Virus record (IMG/VR): IMGVR_UViG_3300011906_000001
Span: 1 to 64,000 of that record
DNA: 64,000 bases
From: an uncultured virus (IMG/VR IMGVR_UViG_3300011906_000001)
Lineage: Duplodnaviria > Heunggongvirae > Uroviricota > Caudoviricetes
Direction: 5' to 3' (one strand)
In this document: piece by piece, positions 17,831 through 28,206 of the stretch
Layout: each line of letters opens with the position of its first letter
How positions within the stretch are numbered: the first letter of the stretch is position 1
Program-made: the position numbers and the translations under genes
The notes under the pieces: model-generated
Told to the model about the DNA's origin: nothing
What the model saw: only the letters and a program-made list of their open reading frames with translations
Database searches by the model: none

Positions 17831-18124
17831 ATGGACACTCCACAGCGTGATCTGTTAGTCAGACTCATTCAAACCTTACGCGATGATATTCAAGCCCATA
17901 AGCGGACGGCAAAACCCTTTAGCGATCAAGGGGGATTTGATCAGTATGTCAAGACCACCCATATAAACTTAGGGCCACTGCTCTATGCGATGAATAATAG
18001 CAATGAAGCGGCCATGTTTGAGGTGGTGGAAAAACTGGATGGTTATCTGTGGCGGATGGATAATCAGCTGCATCTGAAGATTGACGATTTCGTGGTCAGT
18101 TACCCACTCGCTAAAAAGGATTGA
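17831..18124 (+). CDS. hypothetical protein
   Basis: 97 aa ORF with AAGG SD. Confidence 0.65.
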   Translation: MDTPQRDLLVRLIQTLRDDIQAHKRTAKPFSDQGGFDQYVKTTHINLGPLLYAMNNSNEAAMFEVVEKLDGYLWRMDNQLHLKIDDFVVSYPLAKKD

Positions 18125-18130
18125 TTTACA

Positions 18131-18550
18131 ATGTCCACTAAAAGCCCTTTGATCGGTTTTATGATACTCGGCGATATTGCAGGGGGTAATATCGACGTGT
18201 TAGCGGGTCTGTTAATGGATAAATACGACGATGAGTTACTCTACTCGTTTTATTACGAAGAACACAATAAGTACCCCGAAGGCGATGAATACCTCTCCTC
18301 TGAAAAGGGGCGTGAGAAGCTTAATCAAATTAAAACGATTTATCGCAATGCCATTGCCGATAGCATGAACAAGACAGCTGAAGCCGAACGTATGCAATCG
18401 CTCAAAGAAGCGCTTGATGGCTTCAAGGCGATGCACAAACCAGCCCCTGAAGGGACGGTTAAAGAATTGGCTGTAAAATATGGGAAATCCTTAAGTGAAA
18501 TCAGAACACTTAAGCGAGAAGGCAGGCTTTCTGAATTAACTCATGGTTAA
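18131..18550 (+). CDS. hypothetical protein with possible C-terminal HTH
   Basis: TVKELAVKYGKSLSEIRTLKREGRL resembles a MerR/excisionase-type HTH. Confidence 0.6.
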   Translation: MSTKSPLIGFMILGDIAGGNIDVLAGLLMDKYDDELLYSFYYEEHNKYPEGDEYLSSEKGREKLNQIKTIYRNAIADSMNKTAEAERMQSLKEALDGFKAMHKPAPEGTVKELAVKYGKSLSEIRTLKREGRLSELTHG

Positions 18551-18571
18551 TTCGGACATCGGTTAATTGAC

Positions 18572-18621
18572 GGCATAAGAGAGAGGCGAACGCCTCTCTC
18601 TTATGCCTTTTTCTTTTTTTT
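18572..18621. terminator. bidirectional terminator between convergent genes
   Basis: GGCATAAGAGAGAGGCG-AA-CGCCTCTCTCTTATGCC perfect inverted repeat plus T tract. Confidence 0.85.
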
Positions 18622-18652
18622 ATTTATAGAGTTTTTAACATAGCTTCTACTC

Positions 18653-19522
18653 TTAAGTATAATGTAGCCTAACAGCTCCTGCAAGGCTCGTACAGAGGTT
18701 TTCGTTAATATCCAGTACAATCACCCTCGGAAGATCTGTTCGGGCCGTGTAGCGCTCTATAGAGGGTCCATGATAGACTACTTTATAGTAAGGTTGATCA
18801 TCAATGACTTCATACGCAATGTTCCTTGGATGAGGCTCTTTTGAACACACCCATTCCTGCCCTGAAAGCTTGGTGATGATCGCCGCCAGCTTCTCCCCAT
18901 CGAGGGTATGTTCATAAAACCCTAACGGGATTAACTCTTGCCTGTATTCTGAAAAGTCAAACGGGTTTAAATAAAAATATCCTTGTGCTTTTGTGGGATC
19001 GTTATTGGGATACGCTAAGGCTTCAGGGACTTCCGTGTTATTGAGTACAAACAAATCCTTCTTTAAGGTGTTCTCCACCATCACTTTAAAGGAGCCTTCC
19101 CACCGAAGGCTCTTTGGATTGGCTGTAATCACCACAGGTTCAGTTGGATAATCGGCATAATCCTCATGAATAACATCATCAAGATCAAAGGCAATATCCT
19201 TCAGTTCTCCGATCTTTAACATCAGGTCGTAGGTACTGAACGGTAACGGAATGTCCGTTAGTGTGATGAATTCAAAATACTTATCCAGTATAAGCCTTGT
19301 GTACCAAAAGGTTTGCGGCTCCAATGGCAACAAGATGTTTTGGTTGGAGGTTGAACGATTGGCATCCACCACCACCTTAACGATTTGATTACCCAGCGCC
19401 TCAAAGCTTACCAGTTTGGTTTGATAAGGCTCTAGTTGTAAATAGGCCTCATCGTTGATGATCTTAATCAGCGCCACCCAAGGCTCAAGCCTTAGGTATT
19501 CAGCGGTATCGAAAAGTGCCAT
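18653..19522 (-). CDS. virion structural protein (Y-x-R-L...S-x-x-W-x-G paralog family)
   Basis: FWYTRLIL...PKSLRWEG shared with 26902, 30194 and 57354 products. Confidence 0.65.
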   Translation of the reverse strand: MALFDTAEYLRLEPWVALIKIINDEAYLQLEPYQTKLVSFEALGNQIVKVVVDANRSTSNQNILLPLEPQTFWYTRLILDKYFEFITLTDIPLPFSTYDLMLKIGELKDIAFDLDDVIHEDYADYPTEPVVITANPKSLRWEGSFKVMVENTLKKDLFVLNNTEVPEALAYPNNDPTKAQGYFYLNPFDFSEYRQELIPLGFYEHTLDGEKLAAIITKLSGQEWVCSKEPHPRNIAYEVIDDQPYYKVVYHGPSIERYTARTDLPRVIVLDINENLCTSLAGAVRLHYT

Positions 19523-19537
19523 AGTGCACCTGTTTAA

Positions 19538-21685
19538 TCAAGTTAACGGGTCATACTGCATCAGCATGCCGTCTGTAGTGGGGTCTTGTTGTGTGGTGAA
19601 GGAAATCCCACGAATGCCTACATCCAAGGCATTGAGCCTATAATGCGCAAAGGCATTGTACTGCTCCTTAAGCGCAACGGTCGGATCAATAGCTAGGTGA
19701 CTGGCAGTCGCCATCGAGAGCGCCGTCTGGGGGGTGGTCTTATCGGCATTAACCGTTAAGGTTTCAAACCCCTTTCCTTTGTAGTTAATGGCATCAAAGG
19801 ACACAATGTTAGCGCGGTCCATGCTCTGCGTCTGAACATGAATATCCCCCGCTCGAATAGCAGGCACCCCCATCTGCCTGTAATCGGTTGACGAGAGGTT
19901 TCTCAAATACTGAAGTGGATAGGATGAAAGCGTTCCCATCAACTGAAGCAATTGAGCTTGGATTTCCCCAAGGGTGATCACCGTCACCAAGTTCGCCCCG
20001 GTGGCGGTATTAACCACTTCAACTAACAGTGAATCCATTTCACTGTCGCTTAAACCCACCACGTTAATCCCAAGTTCATCAAAATACTGTTCAAAACTTA
20101 AGGGTTCATCCACCAGCTTCACTTGAATGTTCATGAAATGGCGTTTAACCAATTGCTCACAATACACCCGCGTCATGTAATGCTCTTGGAAGGAGTACAG
20201 CTCCCACAGCTTTAAGTATTCCTGATGAAGAACTGAAGCATCGGTATAGAACTTCTCCGTTGAGATGTATTCCGTCATCGGGGTGATGCGGTCCATGATG
20301 GCTTGGATCATGCCATCAGGTACATACTTAGGATCAACAATAGAGGCTAGCTCGTTAAAGCTCGGCAACGGGCTTCTAAGCACTTCATAGGCCACTAGGG
20401 TGGGTATCCTATCGGTTTCAAGCCCACGCGTCTTCCCGTAGGCATACAGGCTCAGGATGAGGGCATCTTTAACCGTCAGAGACAGGTAATCGCCTGTAGC
20501 GGGATTAACAACATTGATATACGCCCGATAACGGTTAGTAGCCGCCAAATGAATCCACTGGTTAAACAGAACCTGCTCTAAGGTTTTGATGTTACTGTTA
20601 CCCCGATCCACCACTTCTGAATCAAGCACTTTCGTCGGCAGGGTTGAGAACTGATCGGATTTAACTTTATCGACCAGCGTCTGTTCAGTGTCATACTGCA
20701 CGCTGGGGTTATCCCGCGCCAGGGTATACTCACGGGTTAGGAGTTGATCGACCGTGATTTTATCATACCCAGGTTGTACAATACTGCTGTTGATATCGTG
20801 CTTAACCAATTCCACTTCAGGGTAGAGTTCCTCAGGCATCTTCTCAAGGTTCTGCTCTAAGGTGTAACCCATCAATGGGATACCGCGTTTAGTTAACAGG
20901 CGATTAACCAAGCGTTCCCAGATATACTGTTTACCAACATTGCGTTTAATGAACTCAATGTTACGATACAGATAAAGCTGTTGTTCCTTATTAAGGTAAG
21001 GAATATAGGCATCGAGCCGGTTATGACTGGCCAGGTATTGCCTAATGTGGAAACTGTGCACCTTATTGGTTTTACAGTTTCGAAGCCTGATGATTTCAAT
21101 GGCATTGGGGATATTCAAATACAGCAGGCCAATGAAGGTTGGAAGATAAAGATCATCAAGCAGCAAGAACTGTTCGTTAAACCAACGAATGTTAAAACTC
21201 TTGACCCAGTCTTCTAAATCTTCCTTGAAAGTGTCTTCATTGGACTCAACATACTGCGCATCAAAATACAGAATATCTCCATCTTGTGCATCTATTGCCG
21301 TTTGCAGTGGCACAGGCGAAATAATACCATTGATCAAATCCGCTTGCGTGGGGTAGCGAGATACCAGGTTGTTGTAATAGACACTACCGGGTTTGTACTC
21401 ACGCGCTGTGGCTCGATGAAGCCTTAAGTTCTCTTTGGTAAAATCGATAATCTCACGGGTGTCCATGGACCGCACCGTCATTAAGGTGTCGCTCTTATGG
21501 TACTGCCCGTTTAAGTTTAAATAATATTTCCACGTGGTGGGGTCTTCGTCGAAGACTTGGTAGTTGATGGCTTTTAAACTTGCGTTGATGGCCTCAGCTA
21601 CATAGTTGTTCTTGATGACCAATGAGCGTGTTAAGGCCAAGACCTCATCACGGTAAATTTCATAATACGCCTGCGTTTGACTCAT
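19538..21685 (-). CDS. virion structural protein, putative baseplate wedge (phiKZ gp128-like)
   Basis: 715 aa; TWKYYLNLNGQYH and LYLYRNIEFIKRNVGKQ motifs; divergent from the portal gene. Confidence 0.7.
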   Translation of the reverse strand: MSQTQAYYEIYRDEVLALTRSLVIKNNYVAEAINASLKAINYQVFDEDPTTWKYYLNLNGQYHKSDTLMTVRSMDTREIIDFTKENLRLHRATAREYKPGSVYYNNLVSRYPTQADLINGIISPVPLQTAIDAQDGDILYFDAQYVESNEDTFKEDLEDWVKSFNIRWFNEQFLLLDDLYLPTFIGLLYLNIPNAIEIIRLRNCKTNKVHSFHIRQYLASHNRLDAYIPYLNKEQQLYLYRNIEFIKRNVGKQYIWERLVNRLLTKRGIPLMGYTLEQNLEKMPEELYPEVELVKHDINSSIVQPGYDKITVDQLLTREYTLARDNPSVQYDTEQTLVDKVKSDQFSTLPTKVLDSEVVDRGNSNIKTLEQVLFNQWIHLAATNRYRAYINVVNPATGDYLSLTVKDALILSLYAYGKTRGLETDRIPTLVAYEVLRSPLPSFNELASIVDPKYVPDGMIQAIMDRITPMTEYISTEKFYTDASVLHQEYLKLWELYSFQEHYMTRVYCEQLVKRHFMNIQVKLVDEPLSFEQYFDELGINVVGLSDSEMDSLLVEVVNTATGANLVTVITLGEIQAQLLQLMGTLSSYPLQYLRNLSSTDYRQMGVPAIRAGDIHVQTQSMDRANIVSFDAINYKGKGFETLTVNADKTTPQTALSMATASHLAIDPTVALKEQYNAFAHYRLNALDVGIRGISFTTQQDPTTDGMLMQYDPLT

Positions 21686-21732
21686 GGCACTACACTCATC
21701 TTAAGATTAAAAAGACTGTTAAGAGGTTGATA

Positions 21733-24384
21733 ATGGATAACACCCCTTTTCCAAAGCTTGCAGCGGTTCGCAATGCGCCACCTTCAACGCAAGCCTTGCT
21801 GAGAAAACTGGTTCATGATCCGTTAAGCGCGGTGCGTTCTTCTGGGCAAACTAAATCGATTAACTTAAATCGATTCACCCTGGAGAAGATCTCTAACCAA
21901 ACCGCACAGGATACCATTGATTCTGATTCGATCATGCAGGTATTGCCTGATCTTGAATTGGTTGAGCAAATCCTGGTCGGATCGATCCTATCGCCTAAGG
22001 ACATGTCAAGTGCTGATATCAATATCAGCGTGGCTGAAAATCAATTTAACGGAGCCATAGCAGGGCTTCTGTTGGAAGTCCCGACCCGTCATTTTAAGCA
22101 TGACTATAAAATTGACGAACGCCTGGATATTCAACTTGAGAATATCCTCACCAAACATGGTTCACACATTCTGGTGGTCTTGCCTGAGAACAATGTGGAT
22201 GCGATCATCAATGGTCGACCTCAAGTGTCCATGGAAGATTACAAGCAAGCCTATACTAGAATGCAATCAGGTAAAGCATTAGGCTTTCTAGGTCATCCCA
22301 GTTCCGATCAAGTCTCGCTTGAAAACTTTGATGGCAGCTTAGAGGACATCAGTAAGGTGCGTGATAAGGGAGGTAAAACCATTTCCCATATCACGGTCAC
22401 GGATAACTTTAACGTCCTTAAAACCCCTGACATCAAAAAGCGGATGCGCTCGCTTCAGATCAGCAAGCGAATCAGCCAACTGGACGTATCGATGGAGGAC
22501 GGTTCTTTTAACCTGACCTCTGAACAGATCGATGCCCTGTATCAAAACCGAGGAATGAGCTCTAAAGCGGTTGAGGTGGTGGCTCCTCAGGCGTATATGG
22601 ATAAACCCTCTGTAGGCCATCCACTGACCCTTGAGATGCCAGCAGAAGCGGTAGTCCCCGTCTTTGTTCCGGGTAAGCCTGATGAACATGTGGGTTATTT
22701 CATCTTGTTGGACATTTTTGGCCGCCCTGTGAGCAAGAATTCACAGCGTGACTATTACAACGAGATGCGATCATCCTTTAAGGCCAATCAGAAAGATAAC
22801 TCCTCTGAACTGCTTAGGCTCACTCGTGAAGCCATGGGGACAACTGATAACACCAGCGTTTATGAAGTTGAGCAGATTCAACAGACCTATGCCACCATTC
22901 TGGAAAACGATATCCAGAACCGGTTGCGCAATGGTCTTTACGATGAAGAGTTTGAGATTGGCTTCTCTGAAGAAGTCTCTCGCTTGATGCTGTACCGTAA
23001 GTTCAAGCAACAAAACACTCAACTGTTGTATATCCCGGTTGAATTGGTCAGCTACATTGCTTTTAACTACAATGCTGATGGTATTGGTCAAACGTTATTG
23101 GCTAAATCCAAGATCCTGTCTAACATGCGTTCGGTGTTGCTCTTTGCTGAAATCATGGGAGGGGTGCGTAATGCCGTGGGTCGTAAGAAGGTGAACGTCA
23201 CCCTCGACCCTGATGACCCTGATAAAACCGATACCGTGGCTAAGGTTCAGGAACTGATCATGGAAACCTCCAGGCTTGGGTTTCCGATTGGTGCCCCTGA
23301 TCCGGCTCAATCGCTGGACTACCTGACTCGTGCAGGGTATGACTTTGCGATCAATGCTGACAGTGAAGATTACGGACAGACCAAGGTTGAATATGATGAT
23401 TACACCACCAATATTCAAGCGGGCAATCCTGACCTTCAAGATCGGCTAAGGCGCATGCAAGTATCGGGCCTTGGGGTTCCGCCTGAGAAGGTTGACCCAA
23501 CCGCATCTCCTGACTTTGCCGTAGGGGTCGTACAGAATGACCTAATCATGACACGACGCGTGAAGCGTTATCAGAAGATCTTCTGTCACGGACAAACCAA
23601 GTTTGTCAGAACTTACACGCGTAACTCCTCAAAGCTTATTGATGAGATGGTCAAGTTGATTGAAGGCAATAAGGACCTGCTTACCGATGAGCAGAAAACC
23701 CAAGAGCCTGGGGAGATCGTAAGACAATTCATTGATGCCTTAACCGTCAAGCTTCCTGAACCAGATACCACCCGGATTGATTTGATGAATCAGGCTTTCG
23801 ATCAATATAACGATCTGCTTGAGAAGGCATTGGACGCCTACATCACCCCTGACCTGTTCCCGGATGAATCCTTTGAAGGGGCTTCTTCTGCGGCAGATCG
23901 GTTTAAGAATATCATCTCCGCCTTCTTCCGTCGTCAATACATGGCTCAGAATAACGTACTACCTGAGCTTAACGTGTTACATGAGATGAATGGAGAGAAA
24001 CCAGCCTTCAGTATTCTGGATGTTCAGAATGGGTATATGGCAGCGATGGGAACGGCTTTCCATGAGTTCCTTAAAACGGAAACTGAGAAGCGGGATGAAT
24101 GGAAGGAGAAATACCCCCCGGCTGAAGAACCTGGTTTTGGTGGAGAGGAGACACCGTTTGGAGATGGTGAGCTAGAAGATGGTTCTACATCCGAGGAGGA
24201 TACCGGTGAATTGAGTCTGGATGATGACTTTGCACCACCGCCTGATCTGGACGAACCTGTAAGTGAGGAAGAAGAACCTTCTACGGATGAAACGCCTGAA
24301 GGAGAGACAGAGGAGGAAGAGGAAATCCCTACTGAAGAAGAGTCTGCACCACCCGCTCCTGATGAGGACGAAGAACCTAAGTAA
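21733..24384 (+). CDS. portal protein (phiKZ gp129-like)
   Basis: About 883 aa from ATG 21733 (GAGG SD); VSME/VSLE sites in N-terminal region; GYFILLD, GIGQTLL, GLGVPPE motifs; acidic tail; synteny. Confidence 0.8.
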   Translation: MDNTPFPKLAAVRNAPPSTQALLRKLVHDPLSAVRSSGQTKSINLNRFTLEKISNQTAQDTIDSDSIMQVLPDLELVEQILVGSILSPKDMSSADINISVAENQFNGAIAGLLLEVPTRHFKHDYKIDERLDIQLENILTKHGSHILVVLPENNVDAIINGRPQVSMEDYKQAYTRMQSGKALGFLGHPSSDQVSLENFDGSLEDISKVRDKGGKTISHITVTDNFNVLKTPDIKKRMRSLQISKRISQLDVSMEDGSFNLTSEQIDALYQNRGMSSKAVEVVAPQAYMDKPSVGHPLTLEMPAEAVVPVFVPGKPDEHVGYFILLDIFGRPVSKNSQRDYYNEMRSSFKANQKDNSSELLRLTREAMGTTDNTSVYEVEQIQQTYATILENDIQNRLRNGLYDEEFEIGFSEEVSRLMLYRKFKQQNTQLLYIPVELVSYIAFNYNADGIGQTLLAKSKILSNMRSVLLFAEIMGGVRNAVGRKKVNVTLDPDDPDKTDTVAKVQELIMETSRLGFPIGAPDPAQSLDYLTRAGYDFAINADSEDYGQTKVEYDDYTTNIQAGNPDLQDRLRRMQVSGLGVPPEKVDPTASPDFAVGVVQNDLIMTRRVKRYQKIFCHGQTKFVRTYTRNSSKLIDEMVKLIEGNKDLLTDEQKTQEPGEIVRQFIDALTVKLPEPDTTRIDLMNQAFDQYNDLLEKALDAYITPDLFPDESFEGASSAADRFKNIISAFFRRQYMAQNNVLPELNVLHEMNGEKPAFSILDVQNGYMAAMGTAFHEFLKTETEKRDEWKEKYPPAEEPGFGGEETPFGDGELEDGSTSEEDTGELSLDDDFAPPPDLDEPVSEEEEPSTDETPEGETEEEEEIPTEEESAPPAPDEDEEPK

Positions 24385-24390
24385 CTAAGG

Positions 24391-24429
24391 GACATAATCC
24401 CTCCCCTTGATTGGGGAGGGATTTATGCC
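24391..24429. terminator. bidirectional hairpin between convergent genes
   Basis: GACATAA-TCCCTCCCC-TTGATT-GGGGAGGGA-TTTATGCC. Confidence 0.8.
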
Positions 24430-24442
24430 GTTCTAGGTCAGC

Positions 24443-25135
24443 TTAAGCAACCGGAACGAGGCCTTCGTCGAGGACCCAGTCCCCAGTTTCAGCTTCAAAC
24501 CGAATACCCAATTGATCTGCCATAAAACTTTCCAATCCTTGGGGGGTTACTGGCTTATCATTGACGGTGGTCTGAGGCGCCATGTCGCGCTCAGGATCAG
24601 CCATTTCAAGCTTCTGCCATGTACCGTCGCCTTTACGCAGGAAACGCGCGTCAGCGTCATCAGAAGGAGCCTGATTGACCTTCTGTTCCCAAATCTCGGT
24701 CATCTGTGCCGACATGCTACCGTAGGCATAGGTGTACCGAAGTTTCTGACCTTCGAAATTCAGATTGCCAATGTCAAGCACATCGACTGTGACGACAGGA
24801 ATGGCATCCCCTAGGGAGAGGCCTGTTTCTGAATCGATGATCAATGCAGACCAAACCTTCTGGTCTTTAACCGGATGATCCGCTTTTACCTGACCGCCAT
24901 TGATCACTTTCTCTTCAGTGGCAAATTTCAGATCAGGCTTTCGGTCGCTCCAAATAGGAACCCATCGTTTACCGAGGGCTTCCCACTGGTATTGAACCAC
25001 TCCACCGCCAAACTCAGGATCGCCGGTGGCATCGTTAACAGTGACTTCCATCCCAGGAAAACGTTTAGCAATTGCATTGCGCTCACTAATCGTGTTAACG
25101 ACCCGGCTACCATCGTTAGCAATAAGAATACTCAT
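24443..25135 (-). CDS. fibre/decoration protein with C-terminal WVLDEG motif
   Basis: N-terminal VNTISERNAI domain related to 25205 product; ends GDWVLDEGLVPVA. Confidence 0.65.
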   Translation of the reverse strand: MSILIANDGSRVVNTISERNAIAKRFPGMEVTVNDATGDPEFGGGVVQYQWEALGKRWVPIWSDRKPDLKFATEEKVINGGQVKADHPVKDQKVWSALIIDSETGLSLGDAIPVVTVDVLDIGNLNFEGQKLRYTYAYGSMSAQMTEIWEQKVNQAPSDDADARFLRKGDGTWQKLEMADPERDMAPQTTVNDKPVTPQGLESFMADQLGIRFEAETGDWVLDEGLVPVA

Positions 25136-25156
25136 AATTCGTACTCCTCTTTTAAC

Positions 25157-25194
25157 GACATAAACAGCGCGGCGCTATGACCGCGCTGTTTATA
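25157..25194 (-). terminator. hairpin terminator
   Basis: GACATAAACAGCGCGG-CGCTATGA-CCGCGCTGTTTAT. Confidence 0.7.
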
Positions 25195-25204
25195 ACCGTG
25201 TTAC

Positions 25205-26194
25205 TTAGCCGGCAACGCGCAGGTACTGAACCTGTACGGTGTTACCATCCCACTGATTAGCGGAGTCAGTGGAGACAGTGAAGACACGCGGATCAGCAGT
25301 GGCAACAACAGGTGCGTCGTAAGCAACGCCGTCTTCGCTGATGAAGCGAACAGTGGCGAAGTTCATAACGCCTGCAACGCCTGCTTTCGGCGCGCTGGCC
25401 AGGGTGATGGTACCGTCGGTGACCACAACGCTTTCCAGAGTCGGAACAGCACCACCTTCGATCGCAGCACGATCAGCGTAGGCTTTAACAGCAGCAGCCG
25501 AAGGAGCATTGGCTTCAGGAGCAGCAGCAGCCAGATCCTGTTCCAGCGACGCTTTGAAGACAGCGTCATCCAGATCAACAGGTGCGGTAACCGACAGGTT
25601 AGCCACTTTGGCCTGAGCTTCGTCGGTGAAGCTGTTGGTGTCTTCGTTGGATTCGTAGCTGGCCTTGATACCGGCAGCGCTGATGCTGTTTTCCAGAGCA
25701 TCTTGGTCGGAGAGCTTGACCCATTCGGTGACAACACCGTCTTCACCGACAACAGCCGGCTTGTACATCGCCCAGCGAGTGTCGCCATCGTCACGTACGA
25801 AGACGCGATCGTTTTCATCCAGACCAGTCAGTGCATCACGTTCGGTCAGGTCAGCAACAGTGAAGTTGGAACCCAGGGCCAGACGCGCAGCATCGATCTG
25901 CTCACTGACTTCACCAGCGGTCAGAACGTCGAGGACTGCACGAGCAGCATCCAGATCGGTCAGATCCGACAGGTTGGAGGCTTTTTGCAGGGCAGTGCTG
26001 GCAGAGTCAGTGACGTTGCCGGCCAGTTCGTTGATTGCAACAACCAGGTTTTCTTTGTTGGTCGTGACCAATGCAGCCAGATCACCGTCAGAGGCGATGC
26101 GGGCTTCTTGTTCGGTCTGAACCGACTGTCGGATGCTGGTCAGGTCATCAACAAGACCGGCGATGGAACTTTTGTGACGCTTCAAAATAGCCAT
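25205..26194 (-). CDS. abundant fibre/decoration protein
   Basis: TTNKENLVVAINEL and KASNLSDLTDLDAARAVL fibre-type segments; capsid-like codon bias. Confidence 0.7.
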   Translation of the reverse strand: MAILKRHKSSIAGLVDDLTSIRQSVQTEQEARIASDGDLAALVTTNKENLVVAINELAGNVTDSASTALQKASNLSDLTDLDAARAVLDVLTAGEVSEQIDAARLALGSNFTVADLTERDALTGLDENDRVFVRDDGDTRWAMYKPAVVGEDGVVTEWVKLSDQDALENSISAAGIKASYESNEDTNSFTDEAQAKVANLSVTAPVDLDDAVFKASLEQDLAAAAPEANAPSAAAVKAYADRAAIEGGAVPTLESVVVTDGTITLASAPKAGVAGVMNFATVRFISEDGVAYDAPVVATADPRVFTVSTDSANQWDGNTVQVQYLRVAG

Positions 26195-26304
26195 AGTAAA
26201 CTCCGAAGATTAACTGATTAAAACCGCTATGGATTAATATTCCATTGGGAAAAAGGAAAGTATCGCGTCCACATACCATAGCGAACTTTTACTGAATAGC
26301 CTAT

Positions 26305-26712
26305 TTAGATTAAATCACCTAAATAGGAAACGCGAATGCTTGAAATATCATCTTTCAATACTTCAAGATCGTCCTTAGGAATCAACGCATAAGGTTTCTC
26401 ATTAATGACGACAACCTTAACGCCAATCACCTCAAGAAAGCTTCCGTCCTTTAAGTAGACGTGCGCCATATCCATAAACAAACTCCCATAGGGTATGGAT
26501 GGCAGAAGGGCTAAACCTTCGTGATCTACAGTCAAAAGATCGGTGGTCTTTAAACCCACGCCCAAATCTTTGAATGACTTCTTAAGAAGCATTTCAGGAT
26601 GAAATCGTCGATGGGTCCAGGGTACTCCATCTCCTGGCCTATGGATGACTTCAATCCATAGCTCCCCTGATAAATCTTCTAAGGGAGCAAAGTCTGATAT
26701 TCGGTTATTCAT
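26305..26712 (-). CDS. fibre adaptor-like protein
   Basis: N-terminal RISDFAPL; C-terminal beta domain resembling that of the 25205 product. Confidence 0.55.
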   Translation of the reverse strand: MNNRISDFAPLEDLSGELWIEVIHRPGDGVPWTHRRFHPEMLLKKSFKDLGVGLKTTDLLTVDHEGLALLPSIPYGSLFMDMAHVYLKDGSFLEVIGVKVVVINEKPYALIPKDDLEVLKDDISSIRVSYLGDLI

Positions 26713-26901
26713 GATGAGGTCGCCACCTGGTCACCTGTTACCTGGACACCTAATAGGCGTGGGTTTAAAAAGATTCATAACAATGAGGGAAGACACCCCC
26801 CTTTCTTCCATCACTGACGCTTATGAAATATCAGGTGTGTACCCTACATCATTAACCCACTGACTCAACCTTTAAGTTTTAAGAGTTTAAAAGAATTTAA
26901 A

Positions 26902-27435
26902 TCAAAACGATTCTAAGAATCGGAAGTCTCCATTCTCCACCAATCGAGCACCCCCATTTTCCAACATGCGAGCCCCATCAGGAAAGCTTAAAGACACGAC
27001 TTGAATTGAAAGACCTCCATACCACACATAGCTTTCTGGCAACGCTTTCATGCGGTAGGTAAACGAATAGCCTTTAGGTGCCAACAGGACATCGTCCATA
27101 ATGACATCCGTTGCGTTCAGATAAAGGCCAGCGACTAGATTTAACGCCTCAACAATTCGCTTAGGCGAGATCAATCCCTCTAAACTGATAGTGGTGTGAT
27201 CACGCAATACAATGCCAAGGTTCAAACGGCGATACACATACCACTCTTTCTGACGTGTGATGGTATCGACCATCTCCACAAAGGTTCGACCAGGCTCCTC
27301 GGGAGTCGGGTCGCTGTACATATCGCCAAATTCAAGATGCTGAGCATTAATCTTGCGTTCAGGGTATGAACGTTTGATCAGTTCAATTAAAGCATCTCTT
27401 GAAGGAAGATTATAGGCGATTCCTATGCGTTCCAT
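26902..27435 (-). CDS. virion structural protein, paralog of 30194..30727
   Basis: FGDMYSDPTPEEPGRTFVEM...WYVYRRL; C-terminal MLENG/LVENG repeats. Confidence 0.75.
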   Translation of the reverse strand: MERIGIAYNLPSRDALIELIKRSYPERKINAQHLEFGDMYSDPTPEEPGRTFVEMVDTITRQKEWYVYRRLNLGIVLRDHTTISLEGLISPKRIVEALNLVAGLYLNATDVIMDDVLLAPKGYSFTYRMKALPESYVWYGGLSIQVVSLSFPDGARMLENGGARLVENGDFRFLESF

Positions 27436-27484
27436 AATACAGGTTCCTTTTCAGTAAAAGGACTTTAAAGCAGGGAAGTGTGAA

Positions 27485-27498
27485 TACATAGAATAACC
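27485..27498 (-). promoter_or_regulatory. putative late promoter GGTTATTCTATGTA
   Basis: Identical 14-mer at 30776-30789, both about 50 nt upstream of paralogous genes; contains the phiKZ late TATG core. Confidence 0.55.
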
Positions 27499-27509
27499 CC
27501 CCGTGCCTT

Positions 27510-27543
27510 CATAAGACCCCTCCCGTTATGGGAGGGGCTTATA
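27510..27543 (-). terminator. hairpin terminator (CATAA family)
   Basis: CATAAGA-CCCCTCCC-GTTAT-GGGAGGGG-CTTATA. Confidence 0.75.
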
Positions 27544-27547
27544 ACCT

Positions 27548-28195
27548 TTAACTGAAGTTAAAGAGCTTGGCAGGAATAGTCGGAAAACCATTCAGGGTCG
27601 TAGCATTCCTGACTAGATCCTTAAGATCCCAGATCACCTTAGCGGTCTCTTCACACTGGACCAACGCCGTCTCAGCAATATCGATCATCTCTTTGGCCGT
27701 TACTTCGAGCGTAACATTCTCGTAAGGCCGGAAGATCATCGGTGTTTCGTCGTTAGCCGCTTCAGCACGGTACGCCCGGTCTTTAACGGTCAACAGATTA
27801 ACGCGATCTTCAGGACGCAGTTGAATATGATAGGTGGTACCTTTGTATTCATAAGGTGCCCCAACTGCAAGCTCAGCTGTCGCCTTCTTGTCAATCTCTT
27901 GGATCAATTGATCGCTTTTTTGTTTGAGTTTCTGCGTCGTTTCAGTCTCGTTGAAACCGCGCGCTTCCCACTGTTGAATCCACTTGCCGTTATGTTCAAC
28001 AGGCGCTTTCTCAGTGACGACATCCCCGGTGGGTTGGTCGGCCTGGAACACCTTAGCATAACCTAACGACAGCAGATCTTTTTCGCTGATGTCAGAACCA
28101 AAACTCACTTGAGGATTGGATTGACGGATGCCCTCTAAGGTCAAGGGATATTGCTTGGTGCTCAGTTCAATCAACCGATCTTGACGGGTAATCAT
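27548..28195 (-). CDS. tail fibre assembly chaperone-like protein (DUF4376-like)
   Basis: YPLT..IRQSNPQVSF, KWIQQW and C-terminal pattern typical of fibre assembly proteins; AAGGAG SD. Confidence 0.65.
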   Translation of the reverse strand: MITRQDRLIELSTKQYPLTLEGIRQSNPQVSFGSDISEKDLLSLGYAKVFQADQPTGDVVTEKAPVEHNGKWIQQWEARGFNETETTQKLKQKSDQLIQEIDKKATAELAVGAPYEYKGTTYHIQLRPEDRVNLLTVKDRAYRAEAANDETPMIFRPYENVTLEVTAKEMIDIAETALVQCEETAKVIWDLKDLVRNATTLNGFPTIPAKLFNFS

Positions 28196-28206
28196 TATCA
28201 TCTCCT

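Noticed and set aside
21622..21732. N-terminal extension of the portal ORF
   Set aside because: Overlaps the divergent gene start; ATG 21733 has a GAGG SD
26645..26863. 72-aa plus-strand ORF in the gap within the fibre cassette
   Set aside because: Opposite to all neighbouring genes, overlaps the start of 26305..26712, no SD or motif
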